A DNA stretch of 64,000 nucleotides from Candidatus Blackburnbacteria bacterium (GCA_016183565.1 JACPEJ010000001.1:358479-422478), one strand, 5' to 3'. Shown: positions 1 through 10,588, counted from the stretch's first letter. The notes: generated by a model not told the origin, from the letters alone. A program made the numbers and translations.

Positions 1-3
1 GCG

Positions 4-906
4 TTGCATAATAAATTCATATGGTGGGGAGATGTTTTGTTGCGCAACTATTTTCAACCATACTCCACTCAATTTCTTTTTATAAATGGTGATCTTAACC
101 CCAGGCACTCTCCTTCCGGAATTGGTCAGCTTTATAAATATGAAGCGCCTTTCCTTTTGCTAGGCGTGGCTTTCTTTCTCACTCGTCCTTTTGATAAAAA
201 AGTTAAATTATTTTTTGCATTTTGGTTATTAGCGTCTCCGATTCCTGCGGCTTTGACTCGCGATGGGGGTATGCATGCTACTCGGCTATTTTTTTGGGTA
301 GCTCCCCTGCTGTTTTTAGTTGCGTTGGGAATTTATTATTCTTTTGAGTTATTTAAAGGTTTAGGGCGCAAGATTTTTATATTGGCAACAGTGGGTGTTT
401 TTGTGATAAGTTTTCTTTTCTACCAACATAAGTTTTGGGTTCATTATCCATGGGATTCGGAGCGTTGGTGGCATGCTGGATACGAAGATGCAATAAAAAC
501 AGCAGTTGCCGAAAGTGGCAAATACGACAGGGTGATTATAAGTATGTCTTCAGAGCCTGCATACATATTCTTTTTGGGGTGGTCCCAGTTTGACCCAAAT
601 ATATTTCACCAAAATTATCAGGAAAGAGGTAAGGGAAAGTGGCTTCCTTTAGAAACCCTTCCCGGTTTTGGACAAATATCAAAACTAGAAAAGTATTATT
701 TCGGCTCAGCTGGAGTAGATCTTTACAGTCTTGCGCAAGTGCTACCTGATAGTAGTCTTTATCTTGCAACAGCAAAAGACGTAAATGTAAATTTGATTTT
801 GGAACCCGAACGGTTGCCGAAAGATTTAAAACTTATAAAGTCGTCGCCGTTCCCCTCAGGTGAACCAGCGTACTACCTCTTGACCAAAAACACTTTGACA
901 CAATGA
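4..906 (+). CDS. C-terminal part of a PMT/ArnT-like (GT39-type) GT-C membrane glycosyltransferase paralog, truncated at the 5' end by the window edge
   Basis: The frame is open from the window start. 'ASPIPAALTRDGGMHATRLFF' aligns with 'LAPIPAALTKGAGFAANR' (3813 gene), 'APLPAALSRDSVHAIR' (8900 gene) and 'APVAAALTFQSPHALR' (10589 gene). The C-terminal 'YEDAIK..YDRVII..EPAYIFFLGW..FDP' domain is shared with the tandem paralogs. The TGA stop overlaps the next gene's ATG (ATGA). Confidence 0.6.
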   Translation: MHNKFIWWGDVLLRNYFQPYSTQFLFINGDLNPRHSPSGIGQLYKYEAPFLLLGVAFFLTRPFDKKVKLFFAFWLLASPIPAALTRDGGMHATRLFFWVAPLLFLVALGIYYSFELFKGLGRKIFILATVGVFVISFLFYQHKFWVHYPWDSERWWHAGYEDAIKTAVAESGKYDRVIISMSSEPAYIFFLGWSQFDPNIFHQNYQERGKGKWLPLETLPGFGQISKLEKYYFGSAGVDLYSLAQVLPDSSLYLATAKDVNVNLILEPERLPKDLKLIKSSPFPSGEPAYYLLTKNTLTQ

Positions 907-2180
907 AATCCATAACAAAAATACTCTTGATGGCTTTTCTCCTTCGAGTTGTCTTCTCATTTGTAACTTGGCATCCTGATTTGAATAACCATGTAGATTG
1001 GGGGATTAGGTTTTGGCAATATGGACCGGCAAAGTTTTACAGTCCGCAAGCAAATGTTTGGAGTTTTACATGGCCTAATCAGCCTCCAGGAACTATTTAT
1101 ATGTTTGCAGGAGTAAGGAAGGTTTTTGAAGCTGTTTTTGCATTCTTTTGGTTTATAAATGTAAAAGTGCCACTTTTTCCTTCTGGTATTATGTTGTTTT
1201 TTGAAAGAACACTTTATCAGGCACTTTTGAAATTACCAGCTATACTTGCTGATGTGGGAATGGCCTATCTGATATATCGAATCTTTGCAAAAGTTGGCAA
1301 GGAACGTATTGGCATTTTGGGGAGTATCTTGTTCTTGGCAAATCCGGTTGTTTGGTATAACTCAACAATTTGGGGACAGACAGATGCAACTATAAACTTT
1401 TTTGGCCTCTTGGCTTTTGTTTTGCTTTTAGAAAGAAGGCTTACTTTAGCAGTTGCTAGCCTTCTATTGTCTTTTTACATAAAAGTGTCACTTTTGGTGT
1501 TTTTGCCGATTTTTGCCATTGTTGTGTGGAGGCAGAGATACTCAGTGAAGAATATTCTTACGTCTATTGTCGTGCCTGTGTTTCTTGTTGGGTTGGTTAC
1601 CATTCCCTTTTCGCGAGGGGAACCGTATGGTTGGTTGTATGAGATTTACAAAAGCAAAGTTTTTACACAACAGCTACAGGTAATTACTGCTAATGCATTT
1701 AATATCTGGGCAGCATTAACAGGCATCCACGAGCGACCTCACACGCTAATGCTTGGACCGCTCTCTTATCAAATGTGGGGCTTGATTTTGTTTTTGGGAG
1801 CTATGGTTTCGATATTCAAAATGGTTTATAGAAAACAAGATGCAACCTTGGTTTTCTGGGCGCTGTCTATTACTGCCTTTGCGTCATTTATGTTCTTAAC
1901 GAATATGCATGAGCGTTATATATACCCGTTGTTTCCCATGCTTACTATATTGGTAGCGCAGAGCAAGAAATTATTGCCATTGTATCTTGGTATTTCAGCA
2001 ATCAGTCTTCTTAACTTGTACAATTTTTGGTGGTATCCGAGGATAGAGGTGTTGATTTATGCAATGTCTGCTTTTGATAGGTTAGCTCCTCGAGTTTTGG
2101 GATTAGTAAGTTTTGTGCTCTTTGTGTTTTTATATCTCCGCTTTGTTAAAAATTCCCAAGCGGAAGGAAAGCATATTTAA
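903..2180 (+). CDS. polytopic membrane protein, GT-C-fold glycosyl/mannosyltransferase-like
   Basis: 425 aa with about 10 hydrophobic helices. The conserved first loop reads 'WHPDLNNHVDWGIRFW'. ATGA overlap with the upstream gene. Family assignment is uncertain. Confidence 0.45.
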   Translation: MKSITKILLMAFLLRVVFSFVTWHPDLNNHVDWGIRFWQYGPAKFYSPQANVWSFTWPNQPPGTIYMFAGVRKVFEAVFAFFWFINVKVPLFPSGIMLFFERTLYQALLKLPAILADVGMAYLIYRIFAKVGKERIGILGSILFLANPVVWYNSTIWGQTDATINFFGLLAFVLLLERRLTLAVASLLLSFYIKVSLLVFLPIFAIVVWRQRYSVKNILTSIVVPVFLVGLVTIPFSRGEPYGWLYEIYKSKVFTQQLQVITANAFNIWAALTGIHERPHTLMLGPLSYQMWGLILFLGAMVSIFKMVYRKQDATLVFWALSITAFASFMFLTNMHERYIYPLFPMLTILVAQSKKLLPLYLGISAISLLNLYNFWWYPRIEVLIYAMSAFDRLAPRVLGLVSFVLFVFLYLRFVKNSQAEGKHI

Positions 2181-2200
2181 GCAATAACTTCAATTATTAT

Positions 2201-3757
2201 ATGAAAAAAACTATTGTTTACTCTGGTTTTGTGTTGTTTTTTGCTCTTACTGCTATTGTTTATGGAGCTTTATTAAGCCGGACTCCTGTTTATCTTAATC
2301 AAGATGAATTGGGGTTTGCACTAAATGCTTATTCAATTGCACAAACGGGGTTTGATGATAATAATCGTTTTTTCCCTTTGTATTTTTGGCACCTGGGTGT
2401 TATGTGGGCAACTCCGATAATTGTCTACGCAACAGCATTAGTTCTTAGGTTTTTACCCTTAACAGAGGGGATGATAAGATTGCCAAGTGTTTTTGTAGGG
2501 CTTTTGGATATTTTCTTAGTGTGGATTCTGGCAGGTAAGATTTTTAAGGAGAAAATATATGTTTTTCTTGCTGGATTTTTGCTAGCCACAACCCCTGTGC
2601 ATTTTATCCATAGCAGAATTCTTTTGGATAATCTTTTTGTGATTCCATTCGTGATTTTGTGGCTTATCTTATTGTCACTGTTTATCAAGGAAGGGCGAAT
2701 TGTTGATCTTGGGCTTGGGTTTTTTGTGCTCGGAGTAGGGGTCCATAGTTATCATGCAGCAAAGATTATGATGCCTTTGTATATTTTTCTTACAATTTGG
2801 GTTTTATGGTCGCAGGTAAAAAACAACAAGAAGCTTCTTGGAGTTGTTTTGGTTTCTTTTTTACTTCCTCTTCTGCCTTTTATTCCTTGGCTTTCTAAGT
2901 ATCCCGATACGCTTATTGACCAAGTTAAGTATACACAGCTTTATGATGCAAAGTTAAATCCCTTGGTTGGAGTTTTGAGTCTTTTGACTCCAAGAAGTTT
3001 GTTGCACAGAGTAGACGTATATGTGAATTACTTTAATCCGAAGTTTCTTTTCTTGAGGGGTGATGCTAGTTTGATTCATTCAACACAGAAGACTGGAGTA
3101 TTGTTATTCCCATTGGCTATATTTGTTCCTCTTGGAATTTTTAGTGCCTTAAGGAAATGGGAACCACTTGAGAAAATTTTGGTTGCTGGTTTCTTTACTG
3201 CGCCAATAGCTGCAACGATTGCTGGAGATCATTATAGAATTTCGAGGGCTCTTTTTATTTTACCTTTTGCTGTAATCTTAGCTACTTATGGAGTTAAATT
3301 CTTGTTTTCCTTGCGAAGTAGAAAGTGTCAAGTACTTGGGCTAGTTTTACTTTTCGCAATTCCTCTGCAAGGTTTTTATTTCCTATATGATTATTTTACT
3401 GATTACAGGTTGCGTTCGTATTCGTGGTTTAATAACAATGTTCCTGGTGCACTTGAATCGATTATTAAATATGATAGGCAACAATCATTGGTTCATGTAT
3501 ATTTCGATAAAACAATAGACTTCTTACCTAGTTATTGGAAGTTTTATTTAATAAAACATGACAGGCGAGATCTTCTTTGGAAAACAGAGTTTTTTGACCC
3601 GAAGTTTGTTGATACAGAATTGCTTCCTCAAAACACCCTTTTACTATACAGTCACCATAATGTTGATGGGCAAAAGCAAAGCATAGGTCAATTTAATAAG
3701 CTGGATCCAATATTTGAGCCAGACGGAGTCCAAAAGCTATACCTCTACAAAAACTAG
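2201..3757 (+). CDS. divergent PMT/ArnT-like GT-C membrane glycosyltransferase paralog
   Basis: 'LNQDELGFALNAYSIAQTGFDDNNRFFPLYF' parallels the 'DE..GYNAYS..TGRDEWG' loop-1 motif of the tandem paralogs. 'FFTAPIAATIAGDHYRISRALFILPF' parallels the 'APIPAALT' motif. About 12 TM helices. Confidence 0.5.
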   Translation: MKKTIVYSGFVLFFALTAIVYGALLSRTPVYLNQDELGFALNAYSIAQTGFDDNNRFFPLYFWHLGVMWATPIIVYATALVLRFLPLTEGMIRLPSVFVGLLDIFLVWILAGKIFKEKIYVFLAGFLLATTPVHFIHSRILLDNLFVIPFVILWLILLSLFIKEGRIVDLGLGFFVLGVGVHSYHAAKIMMPLYIFLTIWVLWSQVKNNKKLLGVVLVSFLLPLLPFIPWLSKYPDTLIDQVKYTQLYDAKLNPLVGVLSLLTPRSLLHRVDVYVNYFNPKFLFLRGDASLIHSTQKTGVLLFPLAIFVPLGIFSALRKWEPLEKILVAGFFTAPIAATIAGDHYRISRALFILPFAVILATYGVKFLFSLRSRKCQVLGLVLLFAIPLQGFYFLYDYFTDYRLRSYSWFNNNVPGALESIIKYDRQQSLVHVYFDKTIDFLPSYWKFYLIKHDRRDLLWKTEFFDPKFVDTELLPQNTLLLYSHHNVDGQKQSIGQFNKLDPIFEPDGVQKLYLYKN

Positions 3758-3812
3758 TTTCTTTGCCCCTTTTTCTTAATTGAATGTATAATCGTAGTAG
3801 TAGAGTTGCTAC

Positions 3813-5549
3813 TTGTATACCATGCTTTGTAACCTACGCAAGTATAATGTCTCGCACATACTGCTTTTAAGCAGCATTGTCTTGCTGGCATTTCTTTTGC
3901 GTTTTGTTGGAATTTCTTCTTACCCGGTTGGTTTTACACCGGATGAGGCTTCTTTTGGGTATGATGCTTATTCACTTTTGAAGACTGGGAGGGATCAGTG
4001 GGGGGAATCATGGCCTTTAACTTTTCGCTCGTTTGGAGATTTTAAACTTCCTCTTTATGGTTATTTGACCGTTCCCTCGATCGCTCTTTTTGGCCTTAAT
4101 GAGTTTGCGGTTAGGTTGCCCAATGCTATTTTTGGCACTCTAGCGATTTTGGCAACATACCTTATGGTTGGACAAATGTTCAGAGACAGAAAAATACAAT
4201 TGTTTTCTGCGTTTTTGTTAGCAATTTCTCCTTGGCATGTTTCACTATCAAGAGGGGCTTTCGAGGCAAACCTGACAACCTTTTTTATGCCTTTTGGTAT
4301 TTGGGCTTTTTTGAAAGGTGTAAAGAAACCGCATTGGATGGTTGTTTCGGCAATAGCGTTTGGGCTCAACCTGTTTTCTTATCATTCTGCCCGACTTATA
4401 ACACCTCTAATAGTTCTTTCATTGTTGTGGTTTAATACTACACTCCTACGAACAGATCATTCCCTTTGGGAATGGAGGAGTGTAGGAAAACACAAGTGGG
4501 GATTAAGTGTTTTCAGCGCTTTTTTGGTGATTGCGGTCTATACAGTGTTTTTTGGGGCTGGTGCAAGAGGAGCGGATATTGCAATATTTAATCCAACGGA
4601 CAAATGGTCTGCAGTTTCTGATAGGCGGTACGAAGCTTTTTTGCAAGGGCTTCCAGATGGCGTGGCACGAGTTTTTTCGAACAAAGTGGTTTATGTGATT
4701 GATAATTTTGTTAACAATTACTTTTCTTATTTATCGCCACAATTTCTTTTTACTCAAGGAGCAGGAGAGTGGACTTATGGAATGATTCCAGGGTGGGGGG
4801 TGCTTTATTTAATTGAACTACCGTTTTTGTTATTTGCTTTATGGGGTGTTTTTGCAAGGCGTCCCCTTGCAGGATTGTCAAGGGGACGCCTTATTAAGGT
4901 TATATTGATCTGGATTCTACTTGCACCAATCCCGGCAGCCTTAACTAAAGGAGCGGGGTTTGCGGCAAATCGTGTTTCAGTAATGATGCCGGCGGTTCAA
5001 GTGTTATCAGCATACGGCGCAGTGGTATTGTGGGATGTTATGCAAAAGAGATGGCCAAAGTATAAGCAAGCATTGCTAGCTTGTTACCTTGTTAGTGTCT
5101 TAGTAAGTTTAGGTTTCTTTTTGGAAGACTATCGTTATCACGCACCTAAAAGTGCTGCTGGCGCTATGCTTTATGGAAGACGTGATGCTGTTGATTTTGC
5201 CGAGAGTTTGCAGGATCGATATGGGCGGATTGTTTTTTCAAAGAGTTTGTCTGAGCCCCAAATTTATGTTGCTTTTTATGGAGCTTGGGATCCCAAAGAC
5301 TATCAGGAGCAAGCACAAGGTTGGTTGCGATACGAGAAAGAATGGCTTCTTTTTGTTGATCAACTTGGTGAATATGGCCTAGGTAAGTACGTTTTTAGTG
5401 GTGTAAACAATATTAGAGAGAAGAATGAAAGCAACATTGTTTTGGTTGGTAAGCCCGAGGAATTTCGAAAAGAAGATAATATTTTGAAGGCAATATATTA
5501 TCCTGGCGGTAAGCCGGCAATTTTATTAACAGAATTTAATCCAAATTAA
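3813..5549 (+). CDS. PMT/ArnT-like (GT39/PMT_2-type) GT-C membrane glycosyltransferase, paralog 1 of the tandem array
   Basis: Motifs 'GFTPDEASFGYDAYSLLKTGRDQWGESWPLTFRSFGDFKLPLYGY' and 'LLAPIPAALTKGAGFAANR'. The first in-frame ATG is at 3822; 3813 is a TTG. Confidence 0.65.
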   Translation: MYTMLCNLRKYNVSHILLLSSIVLLAFLLRFVGISSYPVGFTPDEASFGYDAYSLLKTGRDQWGESWPLTFRSFGDFKLPLYGYLTVPSIALFGLNEFAVRLPNAIFGTLAILATYLMVGQMFRDRKIQLFSAFLLAISPWHVSLSRGAFEANLTTFFMPFGIWAFLKGVKKPHWMVVSAIAFGLNLFSYHSARLITPLIVLSLLWFNTTLLRTDHSLWEWRSVGKHKWGLSVFSAFLVIAVYTVFFGAGARGADIAIFNPTDKWSAVSDRRYEAFLQGLPDGVARVFSNKVVYVIDNFVNNYFSYLSPQFLFTQGAGEWTYGMIPGWGVLYLIELPFLLFALWGVFARRPLAGLSRGRLIKVILIWILLAPIPAALTKGAGFAANRVSVMMPAVQVLSAYGAVVLWDVMQKRWPKYKQALLACYLVSVLVSLGFFLEDYRYHAPKSAAGAMLYGRRDAVDFAESLQDRYGRIVFSKSLSEPQIYVAFYGAWDPKDYQEQAQGWLRYEKEWLLFVDQLGEYGLGKYVFSGVNNIREKNESNIVLVGKPEEFRKEDNILKAIYYPGGKPAILLTEFNPN

Positions 5550-5563
5550 TTCTTCTTGCTTTA

Positions 5564-7201
5564 ATGTTTAAAAAGTCAACTTTATTAATAATTGCTTTGT
5601 TGATAGTTGTTGTTGCTCCGACCTTCGCAAGAATGCTTAGGCCTGGTATTTATTCGATGCAGGACTATCACTTTTTTAGACTTTACGAATTTGACCGTTG
5701 TGTTCGGGATTTACAAATTCCTTGCCGGTGGTCTCCGGATGCAGGACTTGGTTTTGGTGAACCATTGTTTAATTTCTATGGACAGTTGGCCTATGTGCCA
5801 GGAGCAGTACTTCATTTGTTGGGTGTTTCGCTTACTGATTCTTTGAAATTACTTTTTATTTTTTCTCTTTTCGGTTCGGCTTTAACTATGTTTTTTTTGG
5901 CACGACAAATTTGGGGGAATAATTCTGCTGCATTCCTATCGTCTGTGCTGTATGTTTGGGCGCCTTACAGAGCAATTGATGTTTGGGTGCGAGGTGCCCT
6001 TCCAGAGGCTTTGAGTTTTGTGATATTTCCGCTTGTTGTATATAGGTTTAACTTACTTGTTAAAAGAGGGAAAGCTTTTGATTTGTTATTGTTTAGTGTT
6101 GTTTTTGCCCTTCTTATACTGACTCACAATCTTTCCACATTTATGTTTGGCTTTTTTCTATTGGGTTGGATTTTTTACAAATTAATATCTTTGAAAAAAT
6201 TTAGAGTTTTACCAAAGATTTTGGGAGGATTTATTCTTTCAGGGCTTTTGTCTGCTTTTTACCTCTTGCCTGTTGTTTTTGAATCGCAGTTTGTGCGTCT
6301 TGAAAATATGACTCAAGGATATTTTGATTTCAGAGGACATTTTGCTGGTATTTGGCAACTTTTGTTTTCAAGATTTTGGGGATATGGTGCTTCGCTTTTT
6401 GGGCCGAATGATGATTTAAATATTTCAATTGGACACCTTCAATGGATTATTCCTCTTTTAGCTTTGGTTGTTTGTGTTGTAAGAAGTAGAAAAAATTTGG
6501 GTAGACTTGTGATGTTGGTTGGTATGGGTTGGTTCTTACTGTTTTTGACACATAACAAGTCTTCTTTTATTTGGGAGAGTTTTCCACAAATGGCCTTTAT
6601 TCAGTTTCCTTGGAGATTTTTAGCTGTTGCTGTTTTTGCTTTTTCGTTAGCTGGAGGAGCTTTTGTGATAACTTTTGGCAGGTATGCTAAGTTTATGGTT
6701 TTAGGTCTTAGCGTGTTTGCAGTTTTTTTAAATTATTCGTTTTTCAAAGAAGATATTTGGAGGAATGTGGGTGATAAAGACATTACTAGTGGAATTTATT
6801 GGGAGGAGCAAACTAGGGCTTCTATACAAGATTATTGGCCTCGGTATGGAAATATTCCTCCTGAGTCTGTGCCCTCTGACTTTGATAACGCCAAGTTAGT
6901 GGATAAGAAAAGTAACGTTGTTTCGTACTATGTTACTACTCAAGAAAAACAAGAGGTCCAATTTCCTGTTACTTATTTTCCGGGATGGGTTGCTAGAATA
7001 GAAAGTACAAAATATGAAACACATCCAACGGGGGAGTATGGTTTGGTAACAAGCACGTTGCCGCAGCTTAACAATACTCTTGTTACTTTGGAATTTAGGG
7101 ATACGTTTGTAAGATTGATTGGTAATGTGGTTAGCATGGTGTCGTTTGTAGCTTTAGTGGTGGTGTTCGGCATTTTTAGAAAAAGAACACATGCAACGTA
7201 A
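5564..7201 (+). CDS. YfhO/PTPS-related-like GT-C-fold membrane protein
   Basis: The N-terminal motif 'DYHFFRLYEFDRCVRDLQIPCRWSPDAGLGFGEPLFNFYGQLAY' follows the D..Q/H..lP.W..G.P pattern of YfhO / 6-pyruvoyl-tetrahydropterin-synthase-related membrane proteins. About 13 TM helices, then a C-terminal extracytoplasmic domain and a terminal TM. Confidence 0.45.
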   Translation: MFKKSTLLIIALLIVVVAPTFARMLRPGIYSMQDYHFFRLYEFDRCVRDLQIPCRWSPDAGLGFGEPLFNFYGQLAYVPGAVLHLLGVSLTDSLKLLFIFSLFGSALTMFFLARQIWGNNSAAFLSSVLYVWAPYRAIDVWVRGALPEALSFVIFPLVVYRFNLLVKRGKAFDLLLFSVVFALLILTHNLSTFMFGFFLLGWIFYKLISLKKFRVLPKILGGFILSGLLSAFYLLPVVFESQFVRLENMTQGYFDFRGHFAGIWQLLFSRFWGYGASLFGPNDDLNISIGHLQWIIPLLALVVCVVRSRKNLGRLVMLVGMGWFLLFLTHNKSSFIWESFPQMAFIQFPWRFLAVAVFAFSLAGGAFVITFGRYAKFMVLGLSVFAVFLNYSFFKEDIWRNVGDKDITSGIYWEEQTRASIQDYWPRYGNIPPESVPSDFDNAKLVDKKSNVVSYYVTTQEKQEVQFPVTYFPGWVARIESTKYETHPTGEYGLVTSTLPQLNNTLVTLEFRDTFVRLIGNVVSMVSFVALVVVFGIFRKRTHAT

Positions 7202-8903
7202 TTCTTTTGCTCTTTTGTTCCTGATTGTTATTTTTGGATTGGGGTTGCGCCTTTATAATATTTCCGATGTGCCCCCTAGTCTTAATTGGGATGAGGTAAG
7301 TCATGGTTATAATGCTTATTCTATTCTTAGGACAGGAAGAGATGAGTGGGGGAAGCAGTTTCCGGTGACTAATTTTCGAGCGTATGGTGATTACCCTTTA
7401 CCGTTAAATTTGTATTTTCTTATTCCGTCTGTTGCGGTTTTTGGTTTAACTGAGTTTGGAATTCGGTTTCCTCATGTTATTTTAGGCACACTCACAATTA
7501 TCAGCTCGTTTTTTCTTGCTTACGGGGTAGCTAGGAGGCGGGTAGTAGGTTTTCTAGTTGCTCTTTTGGTAGCTATTGAGCCTTGGTATGTTTTTCCCTC
7601 GCGCTTTGTTCTTCAGTCTAACATGTCGGTGTTTTTAATCATCACGAGTATGGCTTTGTTTTTTAATCGTGAGAAACACAGGATTTTTTTACCATTAGCA
7701 GCCTTTTTGTTGGGGCTGACCTTATTTGCTTATCACAGTACCAGAATTTTCTCACCACTTCTTTTATTAGCAGTTATTTTTATATACAGACCTGACTTGT
7801 TTAAATGCTTGAAGAAGGAGAGCGTATTGTCGATGATCTTGTGGGGTGTGGCTTCTGTATTTTTTTTATCCTTGCCTGTGATACTTTTGAATAATGAAGC
7901 GCGAGCAAGAGCAAATTGGGTTTTTTTAATTGATCAAGGAGCTGTCAATAAGATTATTGAGAGCAGGAGTAATTCTCACCTTCCTCCAATTCTTGTTAAA
8001 GCGGTTTATAATCGGCCTGTTTATTTTATTAAAGCGTTCTCACAGCGCTATGTTGAATACTTTTCTCCGGAATTTCTCTTCTATAAAGGGGGAACTCACT
8101 ATCAATTTAGTGTGCCGGACACAGGATTATTGTACAAAATAAATTTGCCGTTTTTCTACCTAGGCTTATTCTGTATTATATGTGCTGCTCTTAAGCGTAA
8201 AAAGGATTACATTTTTGTAACTGTGTGGTTTTTATTAGCTCCAATTCCAGCAAGTATAACCCAAGAACATTTTGCCGTGCTGCGTTCTACAACCTTCTTA
8301 CCTCTGCCGCAGCTTTCTGTAGCATTAGGATTTTTGTTTGGACTAGATTTAATAAAAAGAAAGTTTGGAAGGGGCGAGGTATCTGGAAAGGTTGCTGTTA
8401 CACTTTATGTTGCACTCCTTTTAATTGAGTTAGAAGGATATTTAACTGTATTGTTTACTGAGTATAATCAAAAATATTCTTGGGCATGGCAGTATGGTTA
8501 TAAACAAGTAGCAGAGTATGCGAAGCAGAGATATGGAAATTATGACAAATTTATTGTTACTAAAAAGTATGGCGAACCACACGAGTTTTTCCTTTTCTAT
8601 TTGCATTATGATCCGCGAAAATATATGAACGACCTTGGTACTGTTCGATACTTTAAGTCGGATTGGTATTGGGTAGATGGGTTTGATAAGTTTTATTTTC
8701 TCAATGACTGGAATGTAGTAGGAGACACAGGTACAGATGGAGGTACAGAATTTGTGTTGGAGAGTGGTGGAACTGTGGATTGCAGGATGTTACGGTGTTT
8801 GATGATTACTAGTCCAGGGAATTATCCCTTGGGATGGCGATTGGTCGAAACTATTTATTTTCTTGACGGAAAGACTGCTTTTGAGATTTTGGAAAACATA
8901 TGA
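7191..8903 (+). CDS. PMT/ArnT-like GT-C membrane glycosyltransferase, tandem paralog 2
   Basis: Motifs 'LNWDEVSHGYNAYSILRTGRDEWGKQFPVTNFRAYGDYPLPLNLYF', 'LLAPIPASIT', and the C-terminal 'YGYKQVAEYAKQRYGNYDKFIVTKKYGEPHEFFLFYLHYDPRKY'. The start overlaps the upstream stop. Confidence 0.65.
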   Translation: MQRNSFALLFLIVIFGLGLRLYNISDVPPSLNWDEVSHGYNAYSILRTGRDEWGKQFPVTNFRAYGDYPLPLNLYFLIPSVAVFGLTEFGIRFPHVILGTLTIISSFFLAYGVARRRVVGFLVALLVAIEPWYVFPSRFVLQSNMSVFLIITSMALFFNREKHRIFLPLAAFLLGLTLFAYHSTRIFSPLLLLAVIFIYRPDLFKCLKKESVLSMILWGVASVFFLSLPVILLNNEARARANWVFLIDQGAVNKIIESRSNSHLPPILVKAVYNRPVYFIKAFSQRYVEYFSPEFLFYKGGTHYQFSVPDTGLLYKINLPFFYLGLFCIICAALKRKKDYIFVTVWFLLAPIPASITQEHFAVLRSTTFLPLPQLSVALGFLFGLDLIKRKFGRGEVSGKVAVTLYVALLLIELEGYLTVLFTEYNQKYSWAWQYGYKQVAEYAKQRYGNYDKFIVTKKYGEPHEFFLFYLHYDPRKYMNDLGTVRYFKSDWYWVDGFDKFYFLNDWNVVGDTGTDGGTEFVLESGGTVDCRMLRCLMITSPGNYPLGWRLVETIYFLDGKTAFEILENI

Positions 8904-10570
8904 AAATGAAATACATCCTTATTGTAATAGTTCTTCTTGGTTCAGTTTTTAGGTTGTGGGGTCTTTCCGAGAATCCTCCTCACTTGACGAGTGACGAAGC
9001 GGCGCTTGGCTATAACGCTTATTCTATTTTAAAAACTGGGCGGGATGAGCACGGTGAATTATTCCCAATAGTTTTTAAATCATTTGGGGACTGGAAACCG
9101 GGGCTTTATGTGTATCTTACAGTACCGTTTGTAGCGACCCTTGGTTTAACAGAACTTGCAGTAAGATTACCAGCGGCTATAGCTGGTGTCTCGGCAATAG
9201 TTCTTCTGTTTTTGATAACACACCAACTTTTTGATAACAAAAAGGTTGCTCTTTTTGCAAGTTTCTTTTTAGCTATTTCTCCTTGGCATATACAGTTTTC
9301 GCGGGGGGCATGGGAGGCTGGTATTGCTTTAACACTTACCCTTTTAGGAATTTACTTTTTCCTTCTAGTGGTTAAGGGCAGACCACGCATGCTTATTGTT
9401 GCGGGTTTATTTTTTGCCTTAACCCTTTGGACATATCAGGGTGCAAAGCTTGCAACTGCCGTAGTGGGGCTTGGACTTTTGATCTGTTTTTGGAAGGAAC
9501 TCTCGAAAGTTTCGCTAAAGATTTTAGGCAAAAGTTTAGCAATTGGTTTTTTGGTTGCCTTACCAGTTTTGGTGGGTTTTTGGCAGGGGAAAACAGGTAG
9601 GCTTGAGGTTTATAGTATTTTTTCGTACAGACGGCCTGAGGATTATGTGCAAGCTATTCTTGGCCAAGAACGTGTGAGCCGTGATTCTTGGCAATATATT
9701 CTTTACCACTCCGAATCTCTAAATTTTGTACGGGGCATATTGGGCAGGTGGTTTAATTACTATTCAGGACGATTTTTGTTTTTCGATGGTGATTGGACTA
9801 ATCCTCGTCATGCTGTCCCTAATTCAGGGAATTTATTGATAATAGATAGTATAATGCTCGTCCTTGGTCTCTTTGCCTTGTCACGGGTAGGTGCAAAGAA
9901 GGAAGCGCTTTTTGTTTGGTTTTGGATTATTTTTGCTCCATTGCCAGCAGCTTTGTCTCGAGACTCGGTTCATGCTATACGTACGTTAAATATGGTAATT
10001 CCGCTAACAATTTTATTGGCGTTGGGTGCAAATGCTGTCTGGGATCAAAGAAAGAGAGTTGGGAAATTGCTGCCTGTGTTGTTGGTAGTTTTCAGTGGGA
10101 TCTATATAGCAAACTATGTGTATTATCTTGATCAATACTGGATTCATGGGCCAAAGAGAAATTCCAAATATTGGCAGTATGGTTATAAGCAGATGGTTGA
10201 GAAACTCACTCCACTTCAACAAAAATATGATGAGATAGTTGTTATTCAGGATTATACGCAACCGTATATATTTTTCCTTTTCTACCAAAAGTACGATCCT
10301 GTAAAGTATCAAGGAATGGTCAGTCAAGTTTATATGCCTAACAAATATGGGGATGTTGGTCTTGTTTCGGGATTGGATAATATTACGTTTAGGGATATAA
10401 ACTGGCAAGATGATCGTGGTATGGTTGGGAAACTTTTTGTTGTAGATCCGATTCGTGTTCCTATTGTGGATTCAAGTAGCCCGGCGGAATTTAAATTAGT
10501 TGATCAGGTGAATTATTTAAATGGAGATGTGGCATTTCGTATTTTAGAAATCCTTGGGGAAAAGAGATAA
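8900..10570 (+). CDS. PMT/ArnT-like GT-C membrane glycosyltransferase, tandem paralog 3
   Basis: Motifs 'LTSDEAALGYNAYSILKTGRDEHGELFPIVFKSFGDWKPGLYVY', 'IFAPLPAALSRDSVHAIR', and the C-terminal 'YGYKQMVEKL..YDEIVVIQDYTQPYIFFLFYQKYDPVKY'. ATGA overlap with the upstream gene. Confidence 0.65.
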   Translation: MKMKYILIVIVLLGSVFRLWGLSENPPHLTSDEAALGYNAYSILKTGRDEHGELFPIVFKSFGDWKPGLYVYLTVPFVATLGLTELAVRLPAAIAGVSAIVLLFLITHQLFDNKKVALFASFFLAISPWHIQFSRGAWEAGIALTLTLLGIYFFLLVVKGRPRMLIVAGLFFALTLWTYQGAKLATAVVGLGLLICFWKELSKVSLKILGKSLAIGFLVALPVLVGFWQGKTGRLEVYSIFSYRRPEDYVQAILGQERVSRDSWQYILYHSESLNFVRGILGRWFNYYSGRFLFFDGDWTNPRHAVPNSGNLLIIDSIMLVLGLFALSRVGAKKEALFVWFWIIFAPLPAALSRDSVHAIRTLNMVIPLTILLALGANAVWDQRKRVGKLLPVLLVVFSGIYIANYVYYLDQYWIHGPKRNSKYWQYGYKQMVEKLTPLQQKYDEIVVIQDYTQPYIFFLFYQKYDPVKYQGMVSQVYMPNKYGDVGLVSGLDNITFRDINWQDDRGMVGKLFVVDPIRVPIVDSSSPAEFKLVDQVNYLNGDVAFRILEILGEKR

Positions 10571-10588
10571 ATTAGAATTTAAAAACAA

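Noticed and set aside
536-775. Short ORFs of 60-130 aa on the opposite strand or in alternative frames inside long CDSs. Examples: 536-775, 2425-2688, 4061-4369, 10013-10408, 16707-16985, 24513-25184, 53974-54216, 61700-61963.
   Set aside because: Each lies entirely inside a long, motif-supported CDS. Their composition is low-complexity, arising from the AT-rich antisense of Phe/Leu/Ile-rich membrane proteins. None has a plausible start context or a recognisable motif, so they are treated as spurious shadow ORFs.
3769-3792. A possible extended -10 promoter ('TGTATAAT', 3785-3792) upstream of the 3813 gene.
   Set aside because: TG abuts the hexamer directly, with no n spacer, and the -35 candidate is poor with a 19-nt spacer. 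Transcription more likely reads through from the upstream gene, so it is not listed as a feature.
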